Part shown: in pieces, positions 16,298-22,698 of the stretch
How the letters are laid out: each line of letters opens with the position of its first letter
Position numbering within the stretch: position 1 is the first letter of the stretch
Source of the DNA: Terrimicrobiaceae bacterium
Lineage (GTDB): Bacteria; Verrucomicrobiota; Verrucomicrobiia; Chthoniobacterales; Terrimicrobiaceae
Direction: 5' to 3'
DNA: 22,698 nt
Assembly (NCBI GenBank): GCA_041752695.1
Contig: JBGSVZ010000072.1
Location: 1 to 22,698 of the forward strand
The notes under the pieces: generated by a model
What the model saw: the letters and a program-made list of their open reading frames with translations, nothing else
Databases searched by the model: none
What the model was told of the DNA's origin: nothing
Position numbers and translations under genes: made by a program

Positions 16298-18433
16298 ATG
16301 AATACTGACAGTGGCGAGGCGAAGCTGCATTTTTTAGACTACTGGCGCGTGCTGCGTGTCCGGATGCCGCTCATTATCCTGGTTTTCCTCTTGGTCGTGA
16401 TTACCGCCTCGGTCATCACGTACCTCATGCCGCGGCAGTATGGATCGACTGTGACCATGCAGCTCCGGCAAAACGATACGGCCATCACGGTGTTCGGCCA
16501 GAACGGCGCGCAGGGTTTGGATCCACGGTTCATCTCGACCCAGTTCGCGATCATCCAGAATAAGGAAATGCTCTACCCGGTGGTGGAGACTCTGGGCTTG
16601 CAGCAGCGGTGGGGGCTCCCTTCGAAGGAAACAGCTTATTTCAAGCTGCGTGGGATGCTGGACATGCGGGAAATTCGCAACACGGAGTTGATCCAGATTG
16701 CCGTCTATAGCACAAACCCGAAGGAAGCGGCGGAAATTGCCAATACCATCGGTGAGGAATATCAGCGGCGCAGGATCTCCGAACAGCAAGAATGGGTCTC
16801 GAAGTCGCTGTCGAGTTTGGAGACGGAAGTCGCGAAGCAGAGGACCAAAGTTCAAGAACTCAAACAAGCTGCAGCGGCAATTCGGACCGAGAAGGGAATC
16901 ATTGATCTCAATCCGGATGGCATGGAGGAATCGGCGAGCATCACAGGCGCGGCGGTCCAGGCTGTTGATTCGCAGGTGAACTCTGAAGAACTTCGGGTGG
17001 CCTCTCTTCGGGCGAAACATGAGCAGGTCTCGCAAATGACCGATAGCCAGATCATGCAATCGCTGGAGACATTGGAGATCAACGATCCCACCATCCAGCA
17101 GGTGCGGCCGCAATTTCAGGAGGCCACGTCCGAAGAGGCCCGCCTCCTGCAGTCTGGGCTGGGCATAAATCACCCAACGGTTAAATCGTTGCAGGCAAAA
17201 AAGGCGGTCATGCAGAAGCAGTTGGCCGATCAGGTGATCGCGCTGCGCAAGGCCCTCGAAGTCAATCTCAAGATCGCGGAGGAAGGCCTCAAGAAGCTCA
17301 ACGCGAATCTGGCCGATACCAAAACGGAGCAACTTTCTTCCAAGACAGAGTCTGCCGCCTACTTCGAGGCCAAGAATAATTACATTCAGGCAAAAAGACT
17401 TCTTGAAGCATCGGAAATGAAACTCAGCACCGAGCTGGTAGAGGTCAAGATGCCAAAAAGCCCCTCCGTGATCTGGGAAAAAGCCGAGCCTGCAGGCGGC
17501 CCATCCCGACCTAAAGTGGCCCTTAACATTGCCCTGGGTGTCGTCGTCGGTCTCGTCTTCGGCGTCGGCCTGGCTTTCTTCATCGAGTATCTGGACACCA
17601 GTGTGAAGACGATGGAGGACGTCGAAAGTTTCCTTCAAGTGCCGGTGCTTGCGGTGATTCCCAAGAATATTTCACTGCTGATCAACGAGCCACCGGACAA
17701 CCCGGATGCGGAGGCCTACCGGATCATGCGGACAAACATCGAGTTCAACCGCAAGAACCCTGAGGCGAGCACAATTACCATCGTCAGCGGCGGCACGGGC
17801 GAGGGCAAATCGACCACGATGGCGAACATCGCTTTCACGTTCGCCCAAGGCGGATACAGCACGCTGATTGTGGACGCCGATCTGCGCCGCCCTTCCCAGT
17901 ATCGGATTTTTGGAGTCTCCAACGATGTGGGTCTCACCGACTACCTCACGACGGACATCGAACTTGAGGAAGTGGTTTTGCAGACGAAGGTGGACAACCT
18001 CTTCCTCCTGCCGAGCGGACGTATTCCCGCGGATGCCGTCGGCATCTTGAATTCCCAGCGGATGGTGGAGTTTATCGAAGAGGTGAAAGGCCGCTTCGAT
18101 ATTATTTTCTTCGACTCACCGCCAATCCTCGGGGTGAGCGACGCTTCGGTTCTTTCTAGTGCCATCGATCTCACCATCATTGTCGTGCAGCATCGCCGGT
18201 TCCCGAGGGCCATGCTTCAACGCGTGAAACAGGCCATTCTCAACGTGGGGGGGAATATCCTCGGTGTGGTGCTCAACAATGTGGATGTGCGCCACGATCA
18301 GCACTACGAGTATTACACGAGCTACTACAATTATTATTACCAAAAGCCGAACCGGGAGCCCAAGAAGGGCCAGAAAAAGGCTGTGACGGTCGTCCATACC
18401 AAAGACGACGACAAAAACGAGGAGAGCTACTGA
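16298..18433 (+). CDS. wzc: Polysaccharide co-polymerase / tyrosine autokinase (Wzc/GumC)
   Basis: Two TM helices flanking a coiled coil; AEAYR..RTN, Walker A GEGKST, VDADLRRP, FDSPP and tyrosine cluster YEYYTSYYNYYY. Confidence 0.95.
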   Translation: MNTDSGEAKLHFLDYWRVLRVRMPLIILVFLLVVITASVITYLMPRQYGSTVTMQLRQNDTAITVFGQNGAQGLDPRFISTQFAIIQNKEMLYPVVETLGLQQRWGLPSKETAYFKLRGMLDMREIRNTELIQIAVYSTNPKEAAEIANTIGEEYQRRRISEQQEWVSKSLSSLETEVAKQRTKVQELKQAAAAIRTEKGIIDLNPDGMEESASITGAAVQAVDSQVNSEELRVASLRAKHEQVSQMTDSQIMQSLETLEINDPTIQQVRPQFQEATSEEARLLQSGLGINHPTVKSLQAKKAVMQKQLADQVIALRKALEVNLKIAEEGLKKLNANLADTKTEQLSSKTESAAYFEAKNNYIQAKRLLEASEMKLSTELVEVKMPKSPSVIWEKAEPAGGPSRPKVALNIALGVVVGLVFGVGLAFFIEYLDTSVKTMEDVESFLQVPVLAVIPKNISLLINEPPDNPDAEAYRIMRTNIEFNRKNPEASTITIVSGGTGEGKSTTMANIAFTFAQGGYSTLIVDADLRRPSQYRIFGVSNDVGLTDYLTTDIELEEVVLQTKVDNLFLLPSGRIPADAVGILNSQRMVEFIEEVKGRFDIIFFDSPPILGVSDASVLSSAIDLTIIVVQHRRFPRAMLQRVKQAILNVGGNILGVVLNNVDVRHDQHYEYYTSYYNYYYQKPNREPKKGQKKAVTVVHTKDDDKNEESY

Positions 18434-18981
18434 TGAAAACCCTGGCAGTTTTGTTCTTTGGGATGATGTGCGGCGCAGCGGTGGCGCAGGACGCCGTTCT
18501 GCGGGCGGGCGACCAGATTGAAATTCGTCTTGGGGGCGTGCCACCAGAGGAAATTTCCCAAGTCTCCGGCCAGTATCAGGTCGATGGATCGGGTTTTGTC
18601 AACATGCCGCACATCGGCAAGATCAAGGCGGCCAATGTGACCCAAGGCGATCTGCAGAATGCCATTGAGGGAGCTTATCGAAGCCAGCAGATTTACACAA
18701 ATCCCACCATTACCGTTAACATTCCAAACCAAGCCCGTTTTGTGAACATCGGGGGTGATGTCAAGGCCCCGCAGCGGGTCGGTTTCACGCCGGATCTGAC
18801 GCTCACGGGTGCAATCAACGCGGCGGGGGGATTCACGGAATACGCAAACCGGAAAAAAGTCTGGCTGTCCCGGGAGGGTAAGTCGACGATGTACAATGTG
18901 TTGGAGATCCAGAAGGATCCCTCCAAAGACCCTCGTCTTCAGCCCGGGGATTCTGTCACCGTCGAGCAGAGTTTCTGGTAA
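18433..18981 (+). CDS. Polysaccharide export protein (short Wza/OPX: Poly_export plus SLBB)
   Basis: LRAGD.I, VDGSGFVNMPHIG, IGGDVKAP, AINAAGGFTEYA and LQPGD motifs; coupled to wzc by TGATG overlap. Confidence 0.92.
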   Translation: MKTLAVLFFGMMCGAAVAQDAVLRAGDQIEIRLGGVPPEEISQVSGQYQVDGSGFVNMPHIGKIKAANVTQGDLQNAIEGAYRSQQIYTNPTITVNIPNQARFVNIGGDVKAPQRVGFTPDLTLTGAINAAGGFTEYANRKKVWLSREGKSTMYNVLEIQKDPSKDPRLQPGDSVTVEQSFW

Positions 18982-19140
18982 GGGCTCGACCCGGTAGGGC
19001 TCCTTACGCGGTGGGCACCGTACTATTTTGACGCAGGGCTCCAGGTTAGGGGATCCCGTTCGAACCACGGATGGGCACGGATCCGGAAGACAACTGCAGT
19101 TCTTTCCTACCTATCTGTCTCCTTTTTGTTCGCCGCGAGA

Positions 19141-19707
19141 TCACGCGGAAGCGAGCAAGTTGCGGTTTTTCCAGAAATAAGCCAGGCCGGAGAAAATGGT
19201 CAGGGCGACAGTGATCGTGACTAGGGCATGGCCCGTCCAAGTCCAGGTTGGCGACAGGGCAAGTCCGCCGACGGCGGGCGCTTGCCAGGCCAAGAGCCCG
19301 AGAAAATAAACGATTGTGATCATCTGCCAGGCCGTCTTGTGCTTTCCGAGTTTTTCCGCCGGCAGAACGATATTTTTCGAACTGGCCAGGAGCCGTAGTC
19401 CCGTGATGAGGAATTCACGGCTGATGATGGTGATGACCGCCCAGGCTGGAATGACCTGATAAGGAATCAGGCAAATAAAGGCCGAAGCCGTGAGGACCTT
19501 GTCCGCCAGGGGATCCATCAACTTTCCAAAGTCCGTGATCAGATTCCAGCGCCGGGCGATCTCGCCGTCGAGATAATCGGTCAGCGAGGCCACCAGGAAC
19601 AAAGCCAGCGCCGCGGTGAGGTGGCCGGGAAACGCGACGGATAGGCAAATCACGAAAAATGCAGTCAGCACGAGCCGCAACAGGGTGAGTTTGTTCGGGA
19701 GGTTCAT
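19141..19707 (-). CDS. pgsA: CDP-diacylglycerol--glycerol-3-phosphate 3-phosphatidyltransferase
   Basis: MNLPNKLTLLR, TDYLDG.IARR...TDFGKLMDPLADK, REFLITGLR and GK.KT motifs. Confidence 0.95.
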   Translation of the reverse strand: MNLPNKLTLLRLVLTAFFVICLSVAFPGHLTAALALFLVASLTDYLDGEIARRWNLITDFGKLMDPLADKVLTASAFICLIPYQVIPAWAVITIISREFLITGLRLLASSKNIVLPAEKLGKHKTAWQMITIVYFLGLLAWQAPAVGGLALSPTWTWTGHALVTITVALTIFSGLAYFWKNRNLLASA

Positions 19708-19783
19708 TTGCGAAAGATGTCCATTGCGTAATTTCCGCCTCGGCAGCTATTTTGGACGGCTTATCACTTCAATCAATCACTAC

Positions 19784-21202
<1,419 letters not shown>

Positions 21203-21230
21203 AAATCAGCACCTCTGATCAAGGGCAGAC

Positions 21231-21261
21231 AGGGCCGCGCAACCGCGCGGCCCTTTTGTTT
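21231..21261 (+). terminator. Intrinsic terminator of gnd
   Basis: agggccgcgc-aacc-gcgcggccct stem-loop followed by tttgttt. Confidence 0.85.
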
Positions 21262-21861
21262 ATGCGCCTTCGCGGGTGAAGGAGGCATATCATTGGTGCG
21301 CATTGACGGTGCGGATTCCTGGCAGGGCCTGAATTCATTGACTCGATCATCTTTTGAAGATGGCGGTCCCCGGCCAGCGAACCAAAGAGTGCCCGCCGGG
21401 CTCTTCAAGCGACCTGCGGAGGAAAATCAACTTTTGCCTGTCACTTTTTCCATCCCTATGGGGCGGTCTTGGCGGCGGATGCCACGGCCCTGCGGAAAGC
21501 CTGTTCCACCCGCCGCTCCTGTGTTGGTGGGCATTGGCCGGTGCGTGGCAAGCCCCGCAACCGAGGTCCGGTCTGACGAGTGCTGCTGAAAAAGACCGCG
21601 ACATGACCTCTTTGCCCCTGTCGGAAACCATTCGCGGCAATGTTACTCTTTGAGGCGGACTCCGGCGCAATCAATAGGCCAAAAACACCTCAAGAATGGC
21701 GTGATCCCAAAAAAAAGTCGCCCGGATAGAGGGCTCGCCTGATGAACCTCGCAGACGCGCGAACCCTCTATTTATCAGGGCCAGCGGGTCATCAACCGAT
21801 CAACGACGAATCTCGACATCCCGAGTATCTCCCGAAAAATGAAAAAAATCGCGGAAAGCTA

Positions 21862-21889
21862 TTGACCTCTGAGAATCTTGTTATACTTT
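21862..21889 (+). promoter_or_regulatory. Putative upstream rRNA promoter
   Basis: TTGACC at 21862 and extended -10 TGnTATACT (21879-21887), with A-tracts upstream; -35/-10 spacing is imperfect. Confidence 0.5.
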
Positions 21890-22033
21890 TCACGTCCCGC
21901 GCAGCCACTGGGCTGCAAGGGGAATGTTCTCACTGGCGTCGGTCGAAGCAATTCACCGATGGTTCGCTTAAGACCCCAAGTTTTGGCGAATATGAATCCT
22001 CAACAAAATTTCAAAAATTCTTTTGAAAAACGG

Positions 22034-22061
22034 TTGACGAATCCAAACAGTCCGATATTCT
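22034..22061 (+). promoter_or_regulatory. rRNA operon promoter with UP-element-like tract
   Basis: TTGACG-16 bp-TATTCT, preceded by AT-rich caaaatttcaaaaattcttttgaaaaa. Confidence 0.7.
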
Positions 22062-22329
22062 GACAATCCCGCTCGATAAAAGATCGAGAGGGGCAAAGTC
22101 TCAGACGAAAGTCCGAGCAGTTGATTTTTGATAGCCTGATTCTGGTTTGCCGGCATGGCAAAATTCAGAACGTTTTATACAGCAAGAAACACATTCAGCA
22201 AATGTTGGATTGTGCGTTCTTCGTTGATTTCGAAATTTGAAATTTAACGGCCATTCCTGACCTCCTGTCTCACAGGAGGTCAGAATAATGAATGCCGGAA
22301 CTTTCCCACCTTAGCAGTGGGATAAACTT

Positions 22330-22698
<369 letters not shown>

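Noticed and set aside
21463..21599. Hammerhead ribozyme (ctgacgag...gaaa)
   Set aside because: Stem II does not pair, and stem I and the cleavage-site geometry do not fit.

Overview
Bacterial chromosomal window, most likely Verrucomicrobiota (16S 5' end ...GGCGGCGTGGATAAGACATGCAAG), holding a surface-polysaccharide locus followed by housekeeping genes. Left arm (minus strand): GbsR/MarR-type regulator, glf, GT2 glycosyltransferase, four-helix-bundle gene, gmd, a polytopic membrane protein, an MBOAT O-acyltransferase, and its probable SGNH-like partner, which is cut by an IS3-family element at the window edge. Small accessory modules lie between these genes: vapBC, parDE and an inverted orphan beta-class DNA methyltransferase. 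Right arm (plus strand): O-antigen ligase/Wzy-like protein, OM beta-barrel, Wzc, and a short Wza/OPX. pgsA, gnd and the start of an rRNA operon follow. The most striking feature is that nearly every gene junction in the left arm (about 600-12870) is a mosaic of degenerate 7-bp tandem-repeat families, REP-like hairpins and longer repeats. Two accessory modules (vapBC and the four-helix-bundle gene) are each bracketed by 31-bp direct repeats, and the heptamer arrays have invaded glf in frame. The right arm is almost free of them. A repeat-based cassette-shuffling or phase-variation system is proposed as a hypothesis only.
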